A stretch of DNA of 64,000 bases from Mytilus trossulus. Taxonomy: Eukaryota. The first letter of the stretch is position 1; every line of letters begins with the position of its first letter. Under the pieces are notes generated by a model. That model did no database searches. It was not told the origin of the DNA and worked only from the letters and a program-made list of their open reading frames with translations. The position numbers and the translations under genes are program-made. Below are positions 25,001 to 37,000 of this stretch, one piece after another. Location of the stretch: positions 78,864,001 to 78,928,000 of the forward strand of contig NC_086379.1 in the NCBI RefSeq assembly GCF_036588685.1, written 5' to 3'.

Positions 25001-28000
25001 TTATGTTATAAAGTATCAACTTACCAGCACAGCATGCTTATGTTGTAACATTTTATGCTTTATGTTATGTTATAAAGTATCAACTTACCAGCACAGCATG
25101 TTTATGTTGTAACATTTTATGCTTTATGTTATGTGATAAAGTATCAACTTACCAGCACAGCATGTTTATGTTGTAACATTTTATGCTTTATGTTATGTTA
25201 TAAAGTATCAACTTACCAGCACAGCATGCTTATGTTGTAACATTTTATGTTTTAAGTTATGTTATAAAGTATCAACTTACCAGCACAGCATGCTTATGTT
25301 GTAACATTTTATGTTTTAAGTTATGTTATAAAGTATCAACTTACCAGCACAGCATGTTTATGTTGTAACATTTTATGTTTTATGTTATGTTATAAAGTAT
25401 CAACTTACCAACGCAGCATGTTTATGTTGTAACATTTTATGTTTTATGTTATGTTATAAAGTATCAACTTACCAACGCAGCATGTTTATGTTGTAACATT
25501 TTATGTTTTATGTTATGTTATAAAGTATCAACTTACCAACGCAGCATGTTTATGTTGTAACATTTTGTGCTTTATGTTATGTTATAAAGTATCAACTTAC
25601 CAGCACAGCATGCTTATGTTGTAACATTTTATGTTTTAAGTTATGTTATAAAGTATCAACTTACCAGCACAGCATGCTTATGTTGTAACATTTTATGTTT
25701 TAAGTTATGTTATAAAGTATCAACTTACCAGCACAGCATGTTTATGTTGTAACATTTTATGTTTTATGTTATGTTATAAAGTATCAACTTACCAACGCAG
25801 CATGTTTATGTTGTAACATTTTATGTTTTATGTTATGTTATAAAGTATCAACTTACCAACGCAGCATGTTTATGTTGTAACATTTTATGTTTTATGTTAT
25901 GTTATAAAGTATCAACTTACCAACGCAGCATGTTTATGTTGTAACATTTTATGTTTTATGTTATGTTATAAAGTATCAACTTACCAGCACAGCATGTTTA
26001 TGTTGTAACATTTTATGTTTTATGTTATGTTATAAAGTATCAACTTACCAACGCAGCATGTTTATGTTGTAACATTTTGTGCTTTATGTTATGTTATAAA
26101 GTATCAACTTACCAGCACAGCATGTTTATGTTGTAACATTTTATGCCTTTTGTTATGTTATAAAGTATTAACTTACCAGCAGAGCATCTTTATGTTGTAA
26201 CATTTTATGTTTTATGTTATGTTATAAAGTATCAACTTACCAACACAGAATGTTTATGTTGTAACATTTTATGTTTTATGTTATGTTATAAAGTATCAAC
26301 TTACCAGCACAGCATGTTTATGTTGTAACATTTTATGCTTTATGTGATCTGGCTCCTCCTCTTCGTTAGCTTTGATGGCACAGACAGCTGTCATTATATC
26401 TTGCCTAACTTGTTCTAACTCCTCCTCATGATCAATCTTCACACACACCAATTCATCCTGCATTCTCTTTATACGGTCCTCATATTCACAGATCAGAGAT
26501 TCTTTTTCTGTTTCGTTGCTTTCGGCCACAGTTTCCATTCTGATACAAATGGCTGTCATTTCTTGTCGTAGAACATCTAAATGTATATCATGTCTTTCTT
26601 GTGCCACAGAGAGCTCGTGATCAAACATGGAAGCAAAGTTAGTTAATTCTTTACTAAGTTCAGGATTATCACTTGTGATGGATTGTAATTGTTTAAGTTC
26701 CTTGTCTAAATTACTCAGAACTTCACATTCATCTTCAAACTTGGTCTCTAATATTTCCTCAAACACAGATAATGAAGACTGAATATCCCCTTCTGAATCT
26801 TTACTTATTACAGAAGTTAATGCCACTTTCTGACCAGATTCTAGTTTGATTTTCAAGTCTCTCATTTGTCGCTCATGTTCTAATTTCATTTTGAAGGTCA
26901 AATAGGTCAACTGTGACTGAAATATGGCTTCCTTTACTAAATTTTCAGAATATGAATCCATATTTTCTGGATTAAACAAGCCAATATCAGGTAAAGCATT
27001 CACAAAGTTTGTTAACTTTTCAGATTCCTTGTTTTGAGACTTCAATTCCACAGATAAAGTTTGCTTTGATGTAGCTTCGTCCATTAGTGATTGACTAAGA
27101 GCCTGAGAGTGTCCATCAATGGACTGGTTTTCTACCTCAACTACAACTGGTACACTATTAGATTGATTTAAATGACAAATGTATGTTAACCATCCTTTGG
27201 TTACAGATTTCTGAAGTAACATATCTGCTACCTGCGTAGATAAGGTTTCAACAGATTCTTCTACTTCCGTAGATGGATCACTTACTTCATCAAATACCTT
27301 TGGTATTTGAGACAGCAGCTGATCAAGGTCAGACTGAAGAGTTGAGCAAACCTGCTGACTTTTGTTTTGTTCAAAGTTATTACCCGAATGAAGTTCTTGC
27401 AATTCTGTTGATTGTCTTTGAAAGATTCTTTTGAGTAGATTAATAAATGATTCTAAAGCTTGTTTTTTATTTGGTGATTGTTTGATTAGATATAAAACTA
27501 GTTTTAAATGTACATCGATACTTTCTGACACAGTCTCATGTCTCTCTATAAGTTCCTCGGTACAAAATTTTCTTTGTCGAATGACTAAATCTTGAACTTT
27601 TTCATGTTCAGTATCAGTTCTATATTTATCTTTGATTTTTTGTAAAGCTTGAGTGATTTCCCCTTGTAACAGAAATCGAGTGACTACCTGAGCAGTGGCA
27701 TTGTCTAATAATTCTCCTGATCGTTGTAATTGTCGGTACACAGAAGAATCCACTTGTGAACGGAGAAACACTTCCATTGCCATTATTGAAGGATTGTCCG
27801 AAATGTTAAGTGAAGACAAAATGGCAGTATCATCTGTGGGGTGATGGTCATCAGTTACAGCACATGATGCCAGTTGACCTTCAAGAATGATTTTTTCAGC
27901 AAGTACAGAAGCATACATCGACACAACATTACCACTAGTTGGTGAATGAGATACACTATCTACTTTCTTTTTAAGTTCATACAGAACTTGATTTAGAGAG

Positions 28001-31000
28001 TTTATTTCATTCATTAATTGGTCCCGGTATAAATTGGTCACATGGTGTTGCTGTATTAATGAGGCCATTTGCCCTAATACAATAGCCTCAACTGACAACC
28101 TGTCAGCATAAACATGGAGCTTGTCTTCATATCCTAAATGTTTTCTTTTGGCAGCATTCTCCTTATCAACAATAGCAGACTGGCAAACTGTTTTTTGTTG
28201 TAAAACCTGACCAATTATTTCAAAGTCAGAAGTTTGAAGTCTTTGGTACGGCGCAAGATATTCAAATAACTTATAAATTTTATCGTTAATAACTTTCAGA
28301 CCTTTGGCGTCTAGAACTTCATGCTCTGTAACAATTTTGTTAATGTCCTTTAATTTTTGTTTCACATCATTAACACAATTTTTAAACATATGAACAGAAG
28401 CCAGACTTCCAGGTACCACACCAGATTTAGCCATTCTAACATTCTCTGTAAAACGAGTAGTTAAACTATCTATTTTTTCTCCACATTTCTGAAGTGTTGA
28501 CCTAAGCTGTTGACTGTCACCATCAGCAGTTGAATCATTGGCAGAACTAAATGTTTGATCACTTAAATCACATGTCAAGTCCTGAATTCTATTGTTGGTC
28601 CTTTCTAACTGTGACTTCATTTGTTTTAATTTACTTAAGATATCACTTGGTTCACTTTCATCGTCACTTTCACTTCCATCTTCCTCTGAGCTTTCAAAAC
28701 TATCAGAATCCTCGTCTATCTCACTTCCTGTATCCTCATCCTCCTCAGAAGGTGGTAGGCTAATGTTTGGTAAAACTTGTTCAACAATGCTGATTTTCTC
28801 TTCTAGCTGAGTTAGTTGTGCTTCAATTTGTTCTGATAATTCTAAGGAATGTCTTCCCTTTTCAGTAGTTTTTGGTTGAGGTTTAGGCATTTGTTTGACA
28901 TTTTTCTCACATCTACTGTATAACTTTTCAATCTTTTCTGACATTGCATCAATCTGCCCTTGATATCTGGTTTCCATGTTGCGTAGTTTTGTGGTAAGTT
29001 CTTTTTCACTATTTTTCATCAATTCATATTGAGTATGTGAATCTTTTAATTCAGATTTTAACTTTTTAACTTGAGACATTGCTTCTTCGAATTTGCTACT
29101 CATTTCAGAGGATGACGAATCTTTCTCAGGAGATTCCATACCCAACTCTTTGGATCCTTCCTTTAGAATATCTAAAAGTTTGTTGCAATGACTATGAACA
29201 TCGTCCACCATTTGAGCCACACCCACTAACTCAACATGGTCTTCCTCTTCTTTATCACAGAGATAGTCACTAAATATTGTCTGTATATCCTCTACTGACT
29301 GTGTTAACTCCTGCATTTCAGATTCAATCATGATAAAATTATGTATCATTTCTTTTACGGTGGAATTATCTGAAGAAGTTGAATCGTTGGACCTTCCACG
29401 ACTATCCTGTACTTGCATTTCTAATCTATTTACTGAATGCTCAAGCTCCGCCTTTTCTTTAATCAAGTCTGATAGCGATTGCTTTTCAGTTTCTAGTTCT
29501 TCCATTAAACTTATGTTTTCTTTCTTAACATCATCATATTGTTTCTTATATGATTCGCTTTCATTATCAATCTTACTTCTGTCAGTATGAATTTTAGATT
29601 TTGACTTTTCCAAGTCTTCTAATTTCTTCTCCAGTTTTTTATTTTCCTCCTTAAGTTTTTTAGAAGAACTTTGCAAGTTTTTGAGCTCCTGTAATTTAGA
29701 ATTGTAATCTTCCGTGATATCACACATTTTCTTGTCACATTCTATCATTTTCTCTTCTAACTGGTTGATAATTTCATCCTTTTCTCCTATAATGTCCGCC
29801 ATATTGTTCGTCAGGGAGTCAGATTCGTCAGTTTTACGTTGAGCTTCCATCCACTGTTTCTTTAGATCTTCCATATGTTGTTCAACGTCATCTCTCTCCT
29901 GTGCAAATTCCTGTTCTAACTCTGCAATCTGGTTTTCATAATGTGATTCTATTTCTTGAAGTTTTCCTTCTTTCATTTTTAATTCATCTTTCAATAAGGC
30001 TACTTTCCTATTGGTATCATCTAAATTATCTTTCAATCTTTTTTTTTCTAGTTCATAAGATTTTATTTGTCTTTCAAGTTCGTTACATCTTACATGACTC
30101 GCTTTTAATTCATTATCAAGGCGTTTATTGTCATTTTCTTTTGCAGTAACGCTGCTTTTCTGCCGATCAAACTGACCATTTACTTCCTTTAACTGGTTTT
30201 CTAAACTACGTATCTTTCTATTCCAGTCATTAGATAATTTCATAAATTTATCTTTTTCCTGCTTCAGTTCTTTGAGAGCTTCTGACAGAGCTTTTTCCGT
30301 TCCCGTTAATTTTGACGTAGACATAGCAAGTTTTGCCTGAAGTGTTTCGATATCTTGTTTTTGTTTTTGGATTGTTTCTCTGGCTTCCTTCACTTGTCTT
30401 CTCATTGTTGTAACCTGTAAAATAAATAAATTATCAATTTTCAACCATAAATTCACTTAACAATATTTGATATGTTTTATCATTAACATTGAAAAAAGCA
30501 TCAATTGGTAGAATGGTAGAGTTTTTTTTCTAATGGTCAAATATAAATGTTTAATTTGCAATTTTTCATATTCTGATATATCAATATTTCATTCAAGAAA
30601 TATTGTTTACAGGAAACACTGAAGATACCAAAATATCTTGTATGCTTGAATACATATGAGTGAATCTTGATAAGAAAGTATTTCAGATCAAATTTTTACT
30701 ATTGTATAAAAAATATAATTGTTCATAGTAACTGAGAACATAACCTAATAACGAATCTTGATATTGATCAATGAAAAAAAAGGAGGTCAAGGTAAGATAA
30801 CTCCTGTCAGAATGAATTTATACCATAAATGTTTCTTCACAAGAAATACATTTATTTCACGTATAACTTATGGAGACTGAAAATATGACCTCATCCCAAA
30901 AACTTCACATGACTAATGAAAAATGGCAACAACTTCCAGGTCAGATGGATACAGACATCACAATCATAATATACACCAAGTATAGTTGACCTATTTATAG

Positions 31001-34000
31001 CTGACTTATTACGGTGTATCTGAGAAGCTGACTTAAGAATGAAGAAACCACAAGATGAAAATGAGATCAAGTGAACAATGTCAATAAGAATTAAAATACC
31101 TTGCAATGAATCAATATACCAAATACAGTGACATATTACTCACAGGAACTGAAAAGATTATGTAATAAACAAAAAATATTTTTTTATTGAGTCATTGAAC
31201 CATGAACCATGAAAATAAAGTCAAGGACAACAGACAGAAACTGTATACCACAATGCATCTGTTTATAAGATTACTGTAGGATTCTTGAGTTTTTATACCT
31301 TCTGAAACATAAAGTTTTATGCAAATAGTTGACGACTGTTCGTCTGCACCTTAATATGCATCCATATGTCTTGCATTCTGTTGCATACTTTTTGTTGACA
31401 TGATAAATAACTTGAAGTACATGGAGTAATATAATAAAGAGACAATTGACCGTTTCAGAATCTAATGCATCCTGGGAAATATTTTCAAAAGCATACACCA
31501 AAGCGTTTTGATTGGTATAAAACATTATAAACAATGGAAATTCAACCAATGATGTGACGTTATTTTCACTTTGGGGTACGAACAATGAAATTACCCATAA
31601 TGCTTTAGATTCTGAAAAGGCCAATTATAAACGATGTAAAACCAAGAGTTGAAACAAATAACACAAAGCGAAACAACATATAAATCCTCACATGCATAAA
31701 ATATAGACTGAAATACAGAAGCAAAACAATATTCAAAACATAAATAAACACATTTCATGTATACATCTAAAACTTTTAACTGATGAATTGAAGGTATATG
31801 AAACTTTCTCTATGTTTCTTAGCAATGCTACACATTTTGGACATATCACCATCTCATCATCAAACATAAAGCAGATATACAGTATATATAGCAACAGAGC
31901 ATTTCATACAAACCTGCATAGAATCTTGATTTTGATCGTTGTACATACTACGTATTATGGGACTTTCTAACCCTGTCTGAGGCTGTAAAAACAGTTAACC
32001 AAAGCTTAGTAACAAAGCCGAAATAGCAAGCACTAATAACCAATGGTCACATGTTACTCAAGATTTTACTTAAGACCATCACCATGTACCTTAGTCCATT
32101 CAAAGCTTTAATATTTTTCTACTCTGTTTTAGTTACAAGACAATATCCCACAAGAAATTCTTGAAGTAAGATGAATTTTTTTATCAAGCAACATGTGACC
32201 ATGAATCAATAGTTAATTCAATTTCTGTAACCATATGACATGTTCATCCTTATATTAATGTTGTTTTTCATTGATATTTTTCTGAAAATTTCTTTCTTTT
32301 TTTTTTTATTTCATTTAATAATTTATTTTCACTTCAGTTTAAATAAGTATCAGTCTCAAACAATTTATAAAAGAAAGATTCGTAAACTTAAAAATAAATA
32401 TACATAAAAAGAAAAGAAAAACATGCAAATGGCTACAGATCTGACTGAAATAATAAGAAAACTAAACCAAATTAGCAAATGAAGTAGCTAAAACTCATAA
32501 ACATAATGAGGGCTACTCAAAAATATCTTTTTGAGGTGCTGAAAGGCATTTTAAAATTTAATGTATATAGTGGTAGGTTGCTACCGTACTATGGTCTAAA
32601 TTTTTAAACATCATGTAAAAAAGATGCATATCAACACTGCAGATATTCCTAGTGTAGCCCAAAGCTTATTATAAAGCTGAATTAAGCTGTATGTCCTTTA
32701 ACAGGCATAATCTAAGCTAACACTATAATCTAGCATCTCATCCAAAAATATCTACTATGCCTAAATTCTAATTCAAACTGTTCTCTGACCACATACAGTT
32801 GTTCCCTAATTTCTAATGCCGGTTTTTTTTCTCCAAATATATAGTTACTATCTTAAATAACTAAAGAGTGTGTTGTGTACTTGAAAGTTCAAAAACTTAA
32901 TATGTAATGCTATTACAGTAAAAATATCAAGCACTTTTTTAATAAAATAAATGACTAAAATAAGCAGTATGTCCTATCATTTCCCATCAATACCTATGTT
33001 ATTGGACACATCTTTCCTCAAATATAACTTTTAGTTAACACATAAGGTCTTTATACCATAAAGACCGTAAGAGGTATAATTTCAAACAATTTTCATTTGG
33101 TCAAGACAGTTTTTGATAAAACCTCTTTTTGTTAGAATGAAATAGATACATATATATATTTCATTTTAATAAATCTTTTTAATAGTGATTAAAATATCTT
33201 GAATGATTACTATTAATGGCAGCTTTTAAAGCATTCAATTTTGCGAAAAATTAAAGAAAGCAAACACAACAAAAACATTATATTTAAAATTAAAGCAAAC
33301 AATCGCAAACTTAAGATTAGCAGAATTTGTCATTAACTTCTGTAGCATCATATCTACATATTTGTGCAAGCTATCTGACTGTGTTCATCTACAGCAGAAT
33401 GATCTACGGCAGAACCATGCTATAGAGAGATAAATCAACTTGTATACCTGTGTTACGTCCTTTTCTCGTACTGCAGTTTGTAATCGGTTCTTTAAATCCA
33501 TGTTTGTCTCGTGTAATTTTACAATCTCGTCATGAGTATGATCCAACTGGTCCTTGAGGGAATCAACCTGCAATCATATTACCATTATATCTTTAATCAT
33601 TCTAAAACAATGAATTTATTTTTTTCACAGGGACAAATCTAGAAAAATTGCAATAATGAGAATTATTGATATTTTTTTTGTGCTATCAATTCTGAATTAA
33701 TTGCTATATAAATGTTTCCAATTATAGTACAATGTAAAGCCAGGCGAAATTAAGTGAGGTTTGGTCTATTACCCCTTCTATCGAACTATTCTCAAATATT
33801 GTTTTAAAGGTTTATAAATCACAAGTTGTGTCACAATCTGATTATCAAAGAAAATCACAAAAAATAAATCAATATATCAACTTGTAAACAAAATGTATGC
33901 TGTACAGAAAGAAAAGTGTGTTAAGCACCACAAATGTCAAGTAAATTTTCCTTGTTTAATCTCAGAATTATAAATAAATGCCGTAAAATTACACAACACC

Positions 34001-37000
34001 CTGTTTACTTAAAATTCCTCAGATACTTTATTGTTTTCATTTTTTTTCTCCCAAATCCATGCACAAATATGAAAATATTATAGATCACCAGGCATGCCAG
34101 GAGACTCTGAATTATCACCAAAGATCACACAAGAATATCATATCAATTAAGTTTTGTGATTGTTTTCCACAAATTAAAGTGCAACTGTAAACAAAACACT
34201 AAAATTATCCTACAAATTTTTTGCTCTGAGACATAGCTGCAAAATTGAATCACCAGTCAAAATATTGGCAGCTTCACAATCAAATCTATCTTTCTAATGC
34301 ACTTTAAAACTAATCCTTATTTTATGCTATTGCTTTGTCCATAAAACAGTGATTAGGTTTATTGGGGAGCTTTAAAACAAGATAACTTTTATGACTTGAT
34401 GACTACCATGTCAAGAATCAATAATTCAAAGGCTACTTGCAATAAACTATCAATCAATGGTCAAGGCGGGATCAAATCAATTTCAATGAATCTAAACATA
34501 GTGATAGTTATGTAGATTCAAGATTTTATCATATTTAATAAACTCTACCCCTTTCAATTTCTATTAACAATAAATCAAAAACTAATTTTGTCTGAAGTCT
34601 AAACATCAAACAAAATTCCCCATCTTATTCTATTTGAACTGCTGCCGAAAATGAAGGAAATGTTATTCATATGGCCTTACCTGGTAAATTTACCTGACCT
34701 AATAGAACTTTTATCTGAATGTTAGCTACTTTTATCATGTCTTATAGATAATTACAGTAAATATAATCTTTTTGTCAATCAAAAATAATCTTTTCCTCAA
34801 CTTTCTAGCTTGTAAGATAAATGTGTAAAAATTAACTTCTACTTGCTAAGTACAAGGTTTGCTGTTTTCGGGTGGTTTAAAATCAATCAAATCTTTATTA
34901 AATCAGAAATCTGGACTACATTTACACCTTGTTATCTGGGAAAATCAGTAAAATATTAAACTTAGAAAGGTGAAATGTAATCACTGTCTATATATGTAGC
35001 TTATGTCTAACTATAACCATAGTAAAAGTGAATTAAAAGCCATTAATTTAACCCTAATTTGACTAAACATTTGTCTTAAAAAGATGCAACCAAAAATACA
35101 AGTAAAACAATCTTCTAATGCATATAGGAAGACAAAGAAATTAAACAGAAACCTGCAACCATTGAAAAAGTGATAAATTTTCTCACTGTATATATATTAA
35201 AAGTTGTATGAAATTTTGTATTTTTAAGAATAGTTTCCTGTCATTTCAGTTAGGAGTTTTTGAACTTTGGTTATCTATCACAAAGTTTATCTTATTACAT
35301 AGTCTGATTATTAAGGATATAATGCCACTTTCGTTACCAAGGACTACATGATTATATGTTTTTTGTATGTTGCTTTAAGCATTAATATGGATGTTGTTTT
35401 TTCTCTTGAATTTTCACATTTTGATATGCCAGAGACCTTACTATACTGTACCCAATGTGGCATAAAGCAATCATTAATCAGTCAATCAATACAGTATTTT
35501 TTTCCGTATTGTTGAAGACCATAAAGTGTCTAGTAGTTTATACAATATGTTTGTTTTTTTTATTTGTGGAAGGCCATAAAGTGTCTTATAGTTATGTACC
35601 TTCCTGTCCTGTGGTTTTTAGTGGATATAGCTGTCTCGTTGGCAATTATACCACATCTCCTTTTTTGTATAAATATATAATGATCAATCTCATTAAGGTG
35701 AGTTCTAGTGATGAAAATGACTGACTTTCAAAAACATTCCTTTTTTAAATGCAGGTAAAAATTCTTAAATTCATTTATTGTTGTAAATACTATGAAGTGA
35801 TGTCTGAACTCTAACCTCATGTGTACTGTTGTGATGCCTGACCTTTAACCTGATCATGTGTACTGAAGTGACATCTGAACTTTAACGAAGAAGTGACAGG
35901 TCTACAACTACTAAGACCACACAGCTATGCACGAAGAAAATTAAATCCTCACAAAAATAAAATTATTATACAATATACCCACCTCAGTTTCTAGTAGTTC
36001 CACCAACATGCCATCCCCAGAGGAAGCAGTCAGGTTATCATCCATCAGGGAATGGTATGAAGTCTCCTGTAATAAACATAAACATCATTTACATTTATAT
36101 GTTATCCTATTCTAATGATATCCACATTGTTTATTTATCAGTTTTCTTTTCCAACTGCACTAAAAGTATACATGTGACACATGTCAAATGCAAATATCTT
36201 TGTATCTCATCAGGTACGAATATAAAGGTTGTGCTTTCCATGTTAAAGCTTTGTCAACAACATCCATTACATAAGTTCCAATCTATAAAATTAAAGGACA
36301 TTTATAAATTTCACTCACAACATTACTTGAATAAAACATAAGAATGTTTAAATTCCATTAGTTTAACATAAACAAAGTGCTCAATCAGTCTTACAAGGTA
36401 CATTAACACAAAGTATTTTATAAAATTGACTACAAGATAAAGATAGTCCTGTTATAAGGTGTAAGAATATGCAACATGTGGTGAAAAATAATCTATAATC
36501 AATGGCAAATTAAATGTTACAAAATAAATAGAAGACAAGATACACATGTGTTGTGAAAGAAGAACCATCAATATCAATATGAATTCATCTGATTTGCAGA
36601 AATAGTGTCATGTTTAGACAATGATCAATATCATGTTTTAATTATGAATAAATTGTAGTGTAACGTCACTAAAGTGAGAAAAGTAAGAGATTATATCCTT
36701 AAATAGATGAACTGATTATTTGATTTCAATCCATGCAAAAAAGGAAAGAAAATGTAAAATAAATGCTCATTGATAAAGGCTGTACATATATATGGTGGTT
36801 TGAAGCTGCCTACATCTATATCCTTAATGGGCCATAAAAATGGATATGTTTGTTTGTGATAACCCTTCCAAGCCAGAAAATAGCTGCCTACTCAAAATCT
36901 TTTATTGTCCTGATGTGAAAAGTTTTTTTGTTTTTTTATCAAATAGGCATGAAGATTAAGAAACATCTGACACTTAAATTTCTCTTTGTCCAGAAAAGGG

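Noticed and set aside
24475-26345. CRISPR-like reading of the 64-bp (and 22-bp) arrays
   Set aside because: Units are head-to-tail with no unique spacers, there are no cas genes, and the context is a eukaryotic intron.
28551-30149. Plus-strand ORFs over the giant exon (also 40749-41084, 52179-52580 and 15530-15742)
   Set aside because: Antisense shadows of real coding exons.
26296-30456. 1386-aa ORF as a stand-alone intronless gene
   Set aside because: It has no true ATG start, and canonical splice sites at 30414 and 26305 join it in frame to flanking MPRIP exons.
32083-32118. Possible 36-nt in-frame exon [12 protein letters not shown]
   Set aside because: Purine-rich acceptor with competing upstream AGs; the better AG introduces stops.
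33350-33421. Acceptor-like ctctctatag about 27 nt after the 33448 donor (possible mutually exclusive exon)
   Set aside because: No convincing in-phase donor before a stop codon.
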